Source of the DNA: Minutocellus sp. GHC0000111
Lineage: Eukaryota
DNA: 64,000 bases
Assembly: GCA_977018835.1 (NCBI GenBank)
Contig: OZ361261.1
Span: 434,001 to 498,000, forward strand
Direction of reading: 5' to 3'
The notes under the pieces are model-generated. The model was not told where the DNA came from and made no database searches. It worked only from the letters and a program-made list of their open reading frames with translations. The position numbers and the translations under genes are program-made. Shown here in pieces: positions 44,981-58,315 of the stretch (positions within the stretch are counted from its first letter, which is position 1; every line of letters begins with the position of its first letter).

Positions 44981-45180
44981 GTTCTTTATTTTTATTCAGA
45001 GGAGAATGAGACAGAATGATTGGCACATGTAGAGGAGAGAGGGATGAAGCACAGGATGCAAATTGGCACATTGGTACATGTACATGTACATGTGCCGTAC
45101 GAATCAACAATCAACCGCCTTGATGGAAGAATTGGTAAGTGGTACGTGTTAAATATGTGCCCAAATATTTATGTGTACAT

Positions 45181-48100
45181 TCATTGCTCCTCTTCATCCT
45201 CGTCCCCCTCTTCATCTGATGAATCATCAATGGCCAACTCTTCATCATCACCATCTAATCCGGTTTCTTCCTCTTCTCTATCGCTATCCCCGCCCTCATC
45301 ATCATCATAGGTAATAGTGCGATTCATGCACCCTCTTCTCTCATCTCTTCGAGGATTTGAGAATGGGCTTCCTCCCCGAGATACCGAGGATCTAGAGTAA
45401 GCACTTTGTTGCGATGGTCAGGATTCAAGCTCTGTCGATTGAGATTGTTGTCATCAGATATTGGTAGCATTTTGATGTCGCCTGCCAGAACATGGGATAC
45501 ATAAAATGTAGCCCTTGCCCGAGCTGCCAAAGTTTCCTCCGGATGATACCACCAGTATCGCGCTCCGTCTACTCTGTACAGGTAAGTGCCATCGCACATC
45601 ATTTCCCCCGTTTCTTGATCTGCATACGGCAATCCATCCCATCTCACCAAATAGTAGTCATACTCTGGATCGTCATTTACATCTACCGCGCCATACCCAC
45701 CGACCTCAATCAGGCCTGCTTCTCGAGATGAAACCGTTTCAAGGGTATCTTCCTTGAGCTCATCTATTTCATCGGGGTCTGATTTGTTTGTTGTTTGGAC
45801 TGATGTTATTTTCCAATCATTCAATCCCTCAAATATCTTCCAATATTTGCATTCTTTATTCTGCTTGAATCTCGGCTGCTCCTCGTCGCACTGCGGCCTT
45901 GTTTGTTCCGAGTTCCCAAGAGGTGAGCAAATTGTAGTGAGCGCGGATTCCGGTGTATTCTTTGTTGCGGACAGCAAGAGGAGGTGATATTGCTGCAAAT
46001 ACACTTTGGTGCTTGACATCTTCTGACGTTCGAACGTGGTTGTGCCTTTCACTTATTCTCACTTCATCTGCTTCTCGCTTCCGTCTCTTGTTGCCCACAG
46101 TTTTGACACCATCTTTCCTGTCAGGCTGGTCTAGCAGGCGCTGCATTTCCACCGCGAGGCTTTTGTGCTGGCCATCTTGATACAACTGTGGCTCCATCTT
46201 CTGGTCAGCATAAATGGCATCACAGTCTACATCAGGGGTCATTATGTCCCGCATCCGAGCAATGAGATATGCCTTGTTGGCTGCATTGAGGCCATCAACG
46301 TGATCTTTTCCGTGCCCTGGCGCCCCAAGAGCTCTATCGATAGTAATTTTATACTTGACGCTCAACCAAGAGAGAAAGAGTAAGACCACCGCACAACGAT
46401 ACTGCTTGGTGCAGCCGTCAGAGCCATCATAAATAGTAGAACCAATTTTCAACACCCCCGACTGAAGTAAATGATTGATTTGTACCTGCATGTGCTGATT
46501 TGTGCTGTACCTAGGTACGCATTCTGCATCTTGTCATCGGCGAGGTGAGCGTGGAATTGCATGGCTACCTTCTCATCTACACTACCCATCTCCTCGAGAT
46601 GAGCTGTGATTTCATCGTCACTCATTTCTTTCATTATTTCCAAAGCTTCCTTCTTCCAGTGCTCTACCGAGCAACCTTCCATCGACACTGTAGCGTTACC
46701 ACCGAAGTGCATCGACATAATCTCATTGTTGAGAGCCGCAGTGAGTCTCTCTGCGTAGTCTCGGTGGGTTAGCACGTCACCGGGCTTGGACTTCCAAACC
46801 TCCTTCCTCTCATTGCCGGTGTGGGAGTTGGATAAAATAAGAACATGGTGACGATGGTAAGCATATTTTTCGAGCGCTTTCAGGTAGTGTTGTTTGATAA
46901 AGATTCCAATCGGTTCAGATCTAGCCATGAGATATTTTCTTGTAGAAATCTTTCCGGCTTTTGGCTTTGGCACCTTGCTGTCAGGATCGTCTCCGATTCT
47001 TTGCTCGTAAGTTTCAATAAGTTCATCACATTTTGGGCAAGACTTGCTACGTAGAGGTAGCTGCTGCTCTGGATGAGAGCGGCATGAAGTAACACTCTCG
47101 TAAGTGTGAAACTTTATGCGGTCATCGTCGGCAGCCTCACCGGCCTCCTCGGGCATGACTTCGTAGGCAGGGCAATCTGAACATCGTCTCAAGACACAAC
47201 TCCAATGAGGAAATTCAAAGCCTTCGACATTGCCACATTGGATGCAAAGTAAAGCGTCCTTTGGATGTGGGTGTGTCGGACTCCCATCCTCATTCGTCGT
47301 CTTGGCCTTGTAACTTTGGTACCTCTCTTCCGCGGCCTCTCTCTCCGCAGAATTTTCGGCGACCTCACCAAAATTATCAACAGCGTCCTTCATTCTCTTT
47401 ATGCGACGACGACGATAGGCATTCAGAGAAGCCTGGTGCCGTTTCATAATAATGCAATACTCACACCCGCACATTACCTTGTGAGATTCTCGCATAGCGA
47501 CGAAGTTGGGCGGGATGATGGCTCGAAACTTCGTGTCGGATGTTATCTCCCTTCCTCGATCGTCACGAGCCTCCGGTATTTTGAGCGGCCCCTCGTACAT
47601 GCTGTTGTAGAGCTCTCGAATAGAGCACATCATCAACCTCTTTCGCACACGAACCTTCTCTCCGGTGTTGGCATCGCGAACGAGAATAGTGTCTTTTATT
47701 GTTGGAGACTCGACGATTGAGGGATGATTCTTTAGCCACTCTACTACTTTTTTCTGGAGCTCTTTGGACACCTTGCTCCACCCCTTCCTCTTTTTAACAC
47801 GAGAATACATTAGCCCTTCCTCTTTTGCTCCTACTTTGAACTTTGTCTTTCGATCCTTTGATTTCTTTACTCGCCGCTGAACCGTAGCTCTTGACCCTGG
47901 AAGCACCTTCTGGTAGTCAGTTGTTGTAAGCTTTGGAGTGCTCGAGGTAGAGGTAGCGGTAGAGGCAGCATTGGCATTGCATGCCTCAACTATTGCATCG
48001 TACAACACTTGCAGGGCGCTGGACTGATCATCATTTACCCGTCCTTTTGCAGCACCGTCACTCTTGAATAGTTCAGATGCGTGGGAGGTCAAGTTATCGA

Positions 48101-49454
48101 GAATCTGCAGCTTCTTTTCCGTATTATCCGGCACCTTCAGTCCAGAACCGAGAACAATTTTCGCTGCTTGCGGCTTGTTGGCAAATAAACGAAGGGCATA
48201 GGCCTGAACTTGCTCATCGCCAACGCTTTGGACAGCATTCAATATTACATTAGCTGCTCGTTCCTTTGCCTTTCTTATGGCATCGGCGGATGTCCTCGGC
48301 TGATTGTTCCGCTGATTGACATCAAAGGCAGAATAATTTATTGTTGGAACGAGAAGATTGTTGCCTCTTCTTTTTGCTCTCTCCTCCTCTCTTGATGCAG
48401 CTCCCAATCTCGATACTACAGGCATAGAAGAAATAGTAGATACCATTTCATTGCCTATAGCGGCAGCATCGCCGGTTAGGCTACCACTCTTGATTCCATC
48501 CTTGAGAGCAGTCATCATCAAATGAAAACAACGACCGACTGCATCTGATCCGGCAGCTCCGACCTCGACACCCTTCAGCACGTCCCCAATGCTCTTTCCG
48601 ATGCCATCAATACCGGTAGAAGTGCCGTCCAATGATGCAAGAATGGCTCCTCCGGCCGCTGCTCCATCAGAATCTGCCGCTGCATGTGGACCAGCACGGT
48701 CAGAGCCCACAGCAGACATGTCGGTGCTAGCTGTTGCTGTTGCATTGGAAGTGCCAGGGCCAACCGGATCGCGAGCGCGAGGAGGGCCGTCAGGAAAGAG
48801 TTCCGATGCGGAAGGAAAGGTGCTGGGCGATGGGTTGCTGCACTTGTCGCATGTGCTGGGACAATCGCAAGTACCAAAACAGAACGTGGAGATGGCGGAT
48901 GTGTCTGCCGGATGCGGAGTACCAGTACAGTCGGGAAGGGATGGCGGGATAGCTAACAACGATTGAGACCTTGATATCACCATTGTGTCAGTGGGTGGTA
49001 ATGGCGATGAGCGAAGTGTGCGGCGTCTACCATCCGCTTGTGCGCCGGCGGGGAGTGGTGCTGGTGGATGGAGCGGTCCGGTAGTGCGGCCGGTGCGTTC
49101 GTGGTCCGACGATGAGGATGAGGATGAGGACGCATCGTTCGCGATGCCAGCGGCAGCAGCAGATCGTTTACGCGTCGATGGTCGCATCGATCGGCCTTTG
49201 GTGAGAGTATGGGCGGCGGTGGACGAAGCGGAGGTATCGTCGTTTGACGGGGCGGATGGTTCGGACGACGTCCTTGTCGTCACGTCATTATTTCCGGGAG
49301 GCGAGGATGAAGAATGAGGGTTGGAAGAAGCTGATGCAGCAGGCGTCTTCCGAGCCTGTCTCTGCTGTCGCAGTCTTTCCTTCTTCGCCCTCTCTCTAGA
49401 CTCCTTTCGGGAGTATTTCTTGCCATTGCTGGTCTCTTCCTTTCCGTCGGTCAT
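45181..49454 (-). pseudogene. Sola2-like DDD transposase pseudogene (~1400 codons)
   Basis: Motifs MCGCEYC, C..C..CPAY, HRDYAE..EIMSMHF, SDGCTKQYR and PGHGKDHVDG (three catalytic-type Asp). Lesions are an 8-bp insertion at about 46511-46518, a deletion near 45882 and a frameshift near 45340 before the acidic tail. Confidence 0.7.
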
Positions 49455-50305
49455 GGTCTCGCAAAAATCGAGCGGCCGTGGTTTTTGCTTGATTTTTCCC
49501 CCTTTATTGCTCAGCGAGTTTGGCCACAGGTCTTGCTACGTCCCCTCTCTTCAGATGTCGAAGAATGGGGACATGTCCAGTTTGTTGGCAAAGAAGTTAT
49601 CCAAGTGTCATTTATTTAGGGGGTAAAATGCTGTTGAATAACCTAAATATAAATCAAAACAATCAACCTGTGTTCGAGTACGCGAAAAAGGGCCGCGGAT
49701 GAGAAGTGATACCGTGAGAGCCACAGCCGCCCAATCCACCCAGAAATGCAGAGACACACGCCCAAGATATGTATGAAAATGTTTGTATGGTTGATTGTTG
49801 TGGTTTTTGTTCGTATCCGCCCCCGAATCGGCCGCCAATCGTCATCTTTTTTTTTTGCGTGATTTTCCCCCCTCGATAGCTCAGCCTGTGTGCGGAATTT
49901 TCGAGCCGGCCCTTCGATGTCCCCAACCTTGAATGTGTCTAGAGTGGGGACGTAAGCGAGGCAGGCCGGCTCGATCAAGTCTTTTTGCCATATTTCAGGG
50001 GGAAAAGTTGGTCCGGCAGGAAATTGCGACTTTTCCCGTACTTCGCCGCGTTGGAAACACGGACGACGGAAAGACGAATGTCCAGTTTTTGGGTCGAGCG
50101 GCTCACCTAAAGCTGGACCACGACACATGTAAAAAACACCCGTTACTTAGACTTTAACAACAACATGCTTCTGCTCGCATTCAACTCATCGGGGCACCCG
50201 GGCCATCTGCTGTAGCGCAACTATCCACACGAATCTGACTACGTGCCGGAACAAAGGAAATCTAGCAAAAAAACTATCTCTATTTTCGCAGATGGGTGCC
50301 CCCTC
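45181..50305 (-). mobile_element. Sola-like DNA transposon with one terminus retained
   Basis: Upstream noncoding A-tract region ends (minus strand) 5'-GAGGGGGCACCCATCTGC at 50305, matching the GRG/GAG termini described for Sola elements. A partial inverted copy lies at 50191-50210. No distal TIR was found. Confidence 0.5.
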
Positions 50306-50628
50306 CCTGAGCTTGCTTTAGCCACTAGAACATCACCGCATCAGCACTAAACACGCATTGAACGCGTGCTAGGCTACGTAGGGTCTATGTAGTCGTAGAT
50401 GACGTGTGTCAGTCTTTCCGACCAAAGTGCTCTCAAAAGTTCATTTCTCCATTTTAAGAATTTTGCAACTCCAGAAAATACTGGTACGAATGCTGCATGT
50501 TTTGCGCTACAAGTGTGTTGACATGCTGCATACCGGTACATATTCCTACGTAACTAGATCTAAAGTCAACTCTAGAGGAATCCACCAGTACTGAGATAGA
50601 TCTAAGTAGCTAGATCCAATTGTCATTT

Positions 50629-51726
50629 TTATATTTTTAGCACCCTAAAACTTCCTTCCACTTCGTCGGTTTCGCCTTCGCTGTCATTTTTTCCTGCCTC
50701 CCCATCATCTCCGTTTATTCCATGCTTCTCCTTCCATTTGGCAGCCCGGGCCTTGCTCTTTTCCGCAGCGAGGCAGCATTTTTTGTACCGTAGCCCGCTT
50801 CCGCAGGGACAAGGATTGTTCTTCCGCAAAGTCTTCTCTGGTTTTTCGTTTTGTTGCTGCTTGTCTTCAGCAACAGCGCTGTCGCCTTCATCATCACAGT
50901 GACTTTTATCATCATCAGCACGAGACGTACCCTCGTCAAAATCATCCTTCTTTTCATCGTCCTCCAATCCGCTCTTGTCCTTCTTCTTTTTCTTCTTTCG
51001 GCCACCACCACCACCACCACCACCACCATTGGAATTCTTGGTTCTACCATTGGTATCAGTAGAAACACTCATGGGTTTGATCTTGGTATTTTCGTCTCGG
51101 ATGCTGTTGTAGTGGTCCTGCCCATGATACGATAGCAATAGCTTATCGCCCGACTCTTCGTCATGGCCACTCTCGATCGAAAAGGCGCCCGTTGGACTGT
51201 ACACCGTAATCGTCCTTCGATAAAATCTTGCGGCCGCCACTAGCTCCACATTTCCACCCCACTCGCCATCCTCCTTCATCCTACCGACGTAGGTGTCAAA
51301 ATCGGCAACGTCCTCATCGTGTTCGTCCAGCAGTAGAAATACCGCAAATTCTTCCTCGTTATCTTCGAGGAAGCTGCACACATTCTGGCGAATAACATCG
51401 TGCCGATTGCCGTAGTCTCCAAATAACTGATCGGATAGCGATCGGAACAAACAATTACCATCCGCCGCCATCTCGTTAATGCTGAAGGACCCTTGGGCCA
51501 GAAGAGTTTTTCGAAAAGCGTCGTCGTCGTGCATCATTTGTTGATTCCTCGCCTTGTTGCCTCCCCTCGTCTTTTTCTTGCCACGTCTGCCCTGTGACTG
51601 TCTTGGTTGCGATGAGGCGTCATCGCTATTTTCGTCTTCCATGGCAGCATATTTCCCACCTCTCTTCTTCTTGCCACCACCTGCCGAGCCCTTGGCCTGC
51701 TTGCCGCCGCCCTTTTTCTTCCCCAT
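50629..51726 (-). CDS. OTU deubiquitinase with a SEC-C motif (OTUD3-like)
   Basis: Motifs DGNCLFRSLSDQ, WGGNVEL, LSYH..HYNS and NNPCPCGSGLRYKKCC. Confidence 0.92.
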   Translation of the reverse strand: MGKKKGGGKQAKGSAGGGKKKRGGKYAAMEDENSDDASSQPRQSQGRRGKKKTRGGNKARNQQMMHDDDAFRKTLLAQGSFSINEMAADGNCLFRSLSDQLFGDYGNRHDVIRQNVCSFLEDNEEEFAVFLLLDEHDEDVADFDTYVGRMKEDGEWGGNVELVAAARFYRRTITVYSPTGAFSIESGHDEESGDKLLLSYHGQDHYNSIRDENTKIKPMSVSTDTNGRTKNSNGGGGGGGGGRKKKKKKDKSGLEDDEKKDDFDEGTSRADDDKSHCDDEGDSAVAEDKQQQNEKPEKTLRKNNPCPCGSGLRYKKCCLAAEKSKARAAKWKEKHGINGDDGEAGKNDSEGETDEVEGSFRVLKI

Positions 51727-52302
51727 TGCACCTTTCACCAACGCAGCTGGTACGGATGTATGTACCGGCCTGCTACTATGTACTCTGTCGCTATGCTCTC
51801 GCTCTCGGCCAGCTCTCTCAGCCTTGCACCTTGACTTCTCGCATTCGATCGAAAAACGTCTGTCATGCCGTCCACCACTCTCTGACACAAATTGACGCCA
51901 ATGCCAAAGCATCAACTTTTGCGAACGAGAACGCTGATCGCGACGATAGCACTCGCAAGCAAAGTCAACGAGGTGGTCGATCTGCTCACAAAAGCACGTA
52001 CAAGGCTTCATCAAACTGCAAAACAATAGTAATGAGCGTCTGCTTCTCCAAGTACCAACTGTCCACCCAAAAAACTGCCAGCACTTTCAGTAGCACCAGC
52101 AATCAAATGCAATCCGCCATCTTGGGCCGAAAGAAGTCCATCAGTCATCATCATCAAGAACAAGAAACGGTAGTAGTAGCAACCAGATATCAACATTTCC
52201 CAGCGACAGAACCGGCGAGGAATAATCGTAGGAGACGCCCCCTTCGGGGCGTCGTCATTCGCATACAACAAAATACTACTCATAGCGGTACTGCTTAGGT
52301 TG

Positions 52303-54130
52303 ATGGTTGGGCGGGGGATTGTTCAGGCATTCTTATCATCCGGAACAAGTGCAGGCAGCAAAAGCAATAGTGGCAAGACGTGGGGCAGCGCCAAAATCAG
52401 TCCGCTACGACCGCCAATATCGTCATCAAGAGGCCGTAGCGATACCACAAATAATAACGGCAGCGGCAGTGAAAGTTTCCTTTCGGCGAAAGAGAGTGAA
52501 GCGTCAGACCGAGAGCAACAGAAAGAGGAGCCATCGTACAGCGAACGATATCTGAAGAGAGAAGGAGAGTCACCCTCGATGATCTCTCAGGCCCGATTGG
52601 CGGCATCGACAAGCGCACGGCGAACATTGAAAAATGATGTAGCTGCAGTGTCTGCTACATCTTCAACTTGGGGGTGGTCTGGCCGACTGGTTGCCAGGAT
52701 CTTACCCAAGACGTTTAGCGAATATGAGTCTTCCAAGCCCAAGTGGGCGATCGACCCATCCAGTTTGGAGGGTGGGGTCGTTGAGCCTATCACCAAGGTG
52801 CCAGTCATAGAACGGAAGGGATCGGAGGGGGTCTGCAGCGACGTTCTCAGTCTCGCTCCAGCTGATCAAGATGGATGCCAGTATGATTTATCTGGATCGG
52901 GTGGAGAGAGCGACCTGTTGGTGACCTTGGATGTGTTCCTATTCCGTCAGCACATACCAAGCTTTGTCAATATTCAACGGAGTATTCACGGTCCTGGGAG
53001 CGGGAGTGGGAGTGGAAGCAACTCAGATATTAATTCCGAATCGGGGTCAGTGGGTGCGTCGAGTACTTCGCCGTATACTGAAGAAGGCTCCTCACAACTG
53101 CTCTTTATCCACATGAAAGGAGATGCCGACGAAAGTGCGCTAAGAACACTGCGTAGATTAGAGCTATCAACCGAAAAGAAGATGCAAACAGTTACTCATA
53201 GATGCGGTAGAGGCAAGAGACAAAACAAGAAGAGGACCGAAAATATCGCAACTCAGAATGTCACTGCTTCGAGCTCAATGGTTGTCAAGGCCAATGCCAA
53301 AGATGAATGGGACAACGGCGATAAGCTGCAGGAAATAGATTTGTCAGGCTTAACAAATGCCGAGCTCTGGCGAAAGGTAGCTTATGAATACGAACTCCAT
53401 CCCGATCAGAGAAATCGTGTCGGTGTATCGGTTTTGAATCCAGACGTCGAAGACGACTCGCTGGACAGCTACATTCACTTAGATGTAGTGTGTTGCCCGC
53501 CTACAATTCTGCGAGTCCAAATATTCGTAAGTATACTTGTAACTGTGCGTGCTTGTCGATCATGTTCACTGCAATAATTGCTAATTCTCTGCTTCGCACC
53601 CTTCTATGCCCATTTATAGGAAAATTTTGAGGCTCAGGTGTTCGTGGGGGTGCCACAATTATCGCTGGGAGATGGGCGACACGTCCTGGATGCTAGATCA
53701 TGGCTACGTCGGCAATGAAGCCACCGCCGATACAGAAGAGGACCCTCTCTACGTCGAGGAAACATTTGAAGAGGCTCACGAAGATGAAGAATCCCTCGCT
53801 GATGACTCATTTACCGAGCCATTTCATCCCCCTCCGATTGTGCTACCTCCCTCATTTCCCAACCTCGTTTCAGGATGTCCCGACATGCCCGAGTTCACCA
53901 ATTTCGCTGTGGACTTTGTTGAGACTCTCGATTACGTGTTGGCTTCCGAAATATCGGAGCATGATCGGTATGGATTCAGGCCCAAGAAGGCAGCACCAAT
54001 GCCCAACGCTGACGAGATTAGTCGATATGTGGCTATGCCAAATGAATTCATGCCATCGGATCATGTCTCGGTTGTTTGTGATCTCGAATGGACAACCAAT
54101 GAGACGAGCCCAGGAGAGCAAAGACATTAA
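52303..54130 (+). pseudogene. PDE12/CCR4-like EEP phosphodiesterase gene missing most of its catalytic domain
   Basis: Intron at 53527-53619. Exon 2 (ENFEAQVFVGVP) jumps out of frame near 53653 to the C-terminal FTNF..TLDYV..PSDH. The EEP motifs YNIL, LQE and GDFN are absent. Confidence 0.65.
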
Positions 54131-54378
54131 TTGCCTGACGGACATTTCATTCATTTGGATCGATTCGATTCCGACATTAGATGACGACCAAGCTACTGCG
54201 GGAAGAAAACAATTACGCACAAAATCCAAAGAAATCTGCACTTTGCACATGAATAGCGCCATTAATAGTAAAATATCAGTGAAGATCTTATCTCTATTGT
54301 ACTCCGATTTACGTTTTAGCCTACATTATGAATTTGTTTGTGATACAACTGTAGCATTGTGCACATTGTGTCGCCTGA

Positions 54379-57300
54379 TCAGCGATTCCTCAACTTGCGG
54401 TTGCGATAGCACGAGTTGCTAAATTGGCGGACGGTCGAGTTGAGCTCATCCCGAGGGACTTTGCTCGCAAGGCTCTTGAGGAATTGGTCTCGAGGTCCTT
54501 GGGGGGCCGTAGTAAGCGCAGGGTTGATCCACTGCATCAAAAGTTGGGGGCATAATTCGTTAAGTTTGAACAGGACCCCTGCGATCGAACCTCGCTCATT
54601 GTCGAGTCGGTATGCCGGGAGGTCGCCCAGGAGGGCCTGGGCAAGGTTGATAACAATCGGCTGGCCTTCCGCGATAACTGCCTGCTCAACAGCTTGGCGG
54701 ACTGCCTGCTTTTCAGCGCCGGCTGGAGTTGTTGGGGATAAACTCAAGCCGTATGAAATGGTATTCTCGAGGAATGTTAGGATTCCACTGTTGGCATCGC
54801 GATGGTCAAGTTTCATCCCAACGGCTGCACATTGTAGAAGAGAATGTAGCAGCGGGTTGAGCACAAGCGGTTCAGGGCAGTGCGCCATGGTCCTGGCGGC
54901 CAAGAAGAAGAATTCTTCGACAACGTCGGGGTGGGCGGTAAAGTCGGCAGGCGATTTCAGGGCCGCAAAGACAGCTACCGACAAGTCGTTGAACATACTC
55001 ATGAGCATAGGAATAAGGTCAGAATCGCGACCGTACTCCGCAACACAGATACTGGCACAGTAGAGGTAGGGAGATAAGTGTGATTGCGAGAAGTTTCGTA
55101 CAAGTTGCGTTCGAAGGGGCTCAAGCATTGGGCGGTATGCACCGGGACCACAGCCTCGGATCGCATGCTTATGAAGCCGACAAAGCTTTTCGGCGAGATT
55201 GATGTCTCGCGAATGCTTCTGACTAATGGCGTCGAGTAAGGGCCAGAATTGAGACATGATATCTTTTGTAAATTCAGCCCTGGCGGTTTGTTGCGCCACT
55301 GCGGCGGTTTGGTTGGGTTCTGCCGCTCGGGGGGGGTTCCAAGAAACGAACAATTACAGTGAGGCGCTCAATTTCGGCAGTGGCCGACTTCGGACCGGCT
55401 CCGTTATCTGGAGCGGCAAGGGCAGTCAAACGACTTCCAACCGGTTGCACAATGCGGTTGATGAATTCCGTGATTTTGTCAGCACTCATACCCCCCTGGC
55501 GGAGTTGCCGCGATACAGCCTTGCACGCTCCCTCCAGTACCTCCAGCTCATCTTTCAAGTTCAAAACTCCACCTCCAGCTGCACCCGCCTGTTGTAGCAG
55601 CTGTGCTGCAATAATACCATCGTACAGCTCCAACACCGGCTCACCAAGGGACATCTGTCTATTGCAGCTTTCGCAGAGATGTTTGATTGCAACAGCTGCG
55701 GATGAGGCACACTGAGGCACCTGCATCTGCAATCCCTGAGCAAGGTAGGGAAGTAGTGGCTGAAGGAGCTCAATGTGAGCATCGAGCCACAAGGCATATT
55801 GGCCGACGGTAAGATTGGCAGTTTCGCGTAGTTGAGTTACATTGGAGGGCAGCTGAGGAATCATCTTCATAACAAAGGGGACAACGGCATTTTCATCTTC
55901 GGGTATGTATCGAGCAACTGCTCGAATGGCGAACAAGCATGCCTCGATTCCATGCCATTCGGCCAGTTGTCTCTCTCCGGGAAGCGTCGATACTCGATAG
56001 CACTCTTCCTGCAGCTGAGTTCCAAGATTTTGTAGAACAACGTGACCACCAAGAAGCCGGCAGCAATCCTCGACGGTATCTGATACGTAGTACCGATCTC
56101 TGATAATGTCCTCGACGCGATCTTCGGTTAGAGAATCTATGTCTGGCGGATACCGCATGAGAGATGTACAAATGGTAAGCAGCCGAAGCAGCTGGTTGGC
56201 AAAATCGTTTGTTTTGTGGTCACGAAATTCGTATGGCTCGAGATCTTCCAACCAGGAAACGAATCGATACCAAAAATGGAGCGTAATTGATGCGATTTCT
56301 GTGTTTTGCGGGTGATACATTGATGGAAATAGTGAGAGTGAGAACAATTTATGTTGGTATTGAACAAATCAACCAATCTGACAGGGAGGCAACAAAATGA
56401 CCTACCTTTGTCTGGTATTGCGGAACAGTCCAGCACAAGGTCGACCAAAGCCGCCTGATTCAAGTCGCGGTGACACATGATGAGGCTCATGTAGCTCTCC
56501 CCCATCTCAGTGAAGATGCGGCAGTACCCACGAAGCAGATCCTCATCTGCCGATGCCAGGGCGGAACGGAACGGCCCATCCGGTTCCGGCCGGCCCAGTG
56601 CCATGGCCAGTGGGATCACGCCGTGCACCAACCTTTCGTTCTCGGGATAATCGGAAGGGAAAGCTCTTAGTATTTCCACAACTACATCGACAGCAGCCTC
56701 GTAACAGTCTCCCTCGTACCTCGGATCGGCCAATACGTGGAAGGTCCACTCGACGAGGGGACTGCCCTCCAACATTCGGGGATGGAATCGCACATACCGC
56801 ACCCAGGAATGCAGCGTGTGAAGAATATTTTCTGTGATTGTCAAATCCTCCGCGGCCGGACCACGTTCAGCATTCGTCTTGGCCGTTCGCAAAAGAAATG
56901 CCATGAGCATCCCCGATGAATCCTCCAGCCGCCTACCGAACTGATTGCGAAGCATGTCGTCCTCCAGAATGAGCCGATCTGAGCAAGTCTCCTCCGGTAA
57001 CAATTTGAATAACTCAAGCGCTGCCGGCACCAACTCGGGACGGGTTGGGATCATGGTATCGGCATTGACATTGTTGTCGCTTCCACCGCCGCTGAGATTG
57101 ATGCCGAGGACGCCACTCAACACATCCTCAATAACACCGAACCAGCTCATTTGCACCGCAAGGGCCGCACTTGCCATGGCCAATCGGGTAACAAGCGCCC
57201 TATTCCCGCCGCCACTGCTCGTACTGGCACTGGTGAGGTGATTCATCAAGCTATCCCGCAGACTGGGCAAAGAATCCTTGGGGAGCTGAACGACATCCGT

Positions 57301-57684
57301 CCGACATTTCGCATGGAGCGTCTGTGCCGCGAAGAATTGCGACTGTACGGCCGCTGGGTTGTTTGCGCTGCCTCCACTACCGCTGCTTGCGTTGAGGAGC
57401 CGATCGCACACCATCCACGCCACTGCCTGTCGCTGGAAGGAGGTCAGGTATCGGTTGGCCACGTCCCGGCTGGCGGCCAGGCCGCTTGCTGCATCTGCCG
57501 CTGCGTCAGGAGAGCCCGACCGAGAACCTGCCGCCGCAGCGTCGACCGAAAACACTGCCTCGAGGGCCTGGACTACGCGACGACATTCCTCGTCGACGTC
57601 GGTCGAGTGTGGGGGCAAGTCGGCGTTGGTGGCGCTCCCTGCTGGGCCTCCAACGGCGCCGTTGGCTCCACCTCCACCCGTCAT
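54379..57684 (-). CDS. TNPO3: Transportin-SR/MTR10-like importin-beta (apparent +1 frameshift in a C8 run)
   Basis: Motifs ANRYLTSFQ..AW, FFAAQTL, RIFTEMGE, ITLHFWY, EKLCR and HPDVVEEFF. Intron at 56405-56299. The frame switches at the G8 run 55329-55336. Confidence 0.8.
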
Positions 57685-58315
57685 GTCGAGCAAACGGTCG
57701 CCCACACAGTCGTTATGTGTCACCAGGCAGGGAGGGTACTGTGGGCTCCAGTCAAGGCTTACACTCTATCACAGAGTATAGACTGCACCGAGCGCTTGGG
57801 GTGTACGCAATTCTGGTCGATCCACAGCCGGAGAGGTAGAGGCTGCCCGTGGTAGTACGGTATCGGTATCGGTATCGAATATCGCATCGACGGCATGGGC
57901 TCATGGCTCGTTCGATCGATGGCCATCGCCAACGGCTTCGATGGGACGTCATCATGACTCGATGAAATGGGGTGCATGCATGCGCATGGGGGGGGGATCT
58001 TCGTACCGGTACTTCATTACATGGGTATGATCTTTCTGCTGGCTCGCGTGATGGAGAAAGGTACTGATTGGCATGGTGCGGCTTGTTGTGAATCACTTTC
58101 GCCTCGCCTCGCCTCGCATCCAACAATCAATCGTCCTTCTCTTTTTGGCCCTGACTTTTTTCTTGAACAAGACTTTCCGTCAGCATCGATAACAACAAGT
58201 GATGGCGAGTACCCTGCGCCTGAAGTATTTCACATCTATTAGTCAAAATCATACAAATAATATGTAAACAATATGCACTTAGGAATTGTACATGCATAAA
58301 GACACAACTCTAGCT

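Noticed and set aside
50998..51030. (CCA)n and similar triplet runs, including (GCA)n near 61485
   Set aside because: Ordinary low-complexity microsatellites (poly-Gly within the OTU gene).
55329..55336. Programmed frameshift in TNPO3
   Set aside because: A single extra base in a homopolymer is more simply an assembly error or a decay mutation.
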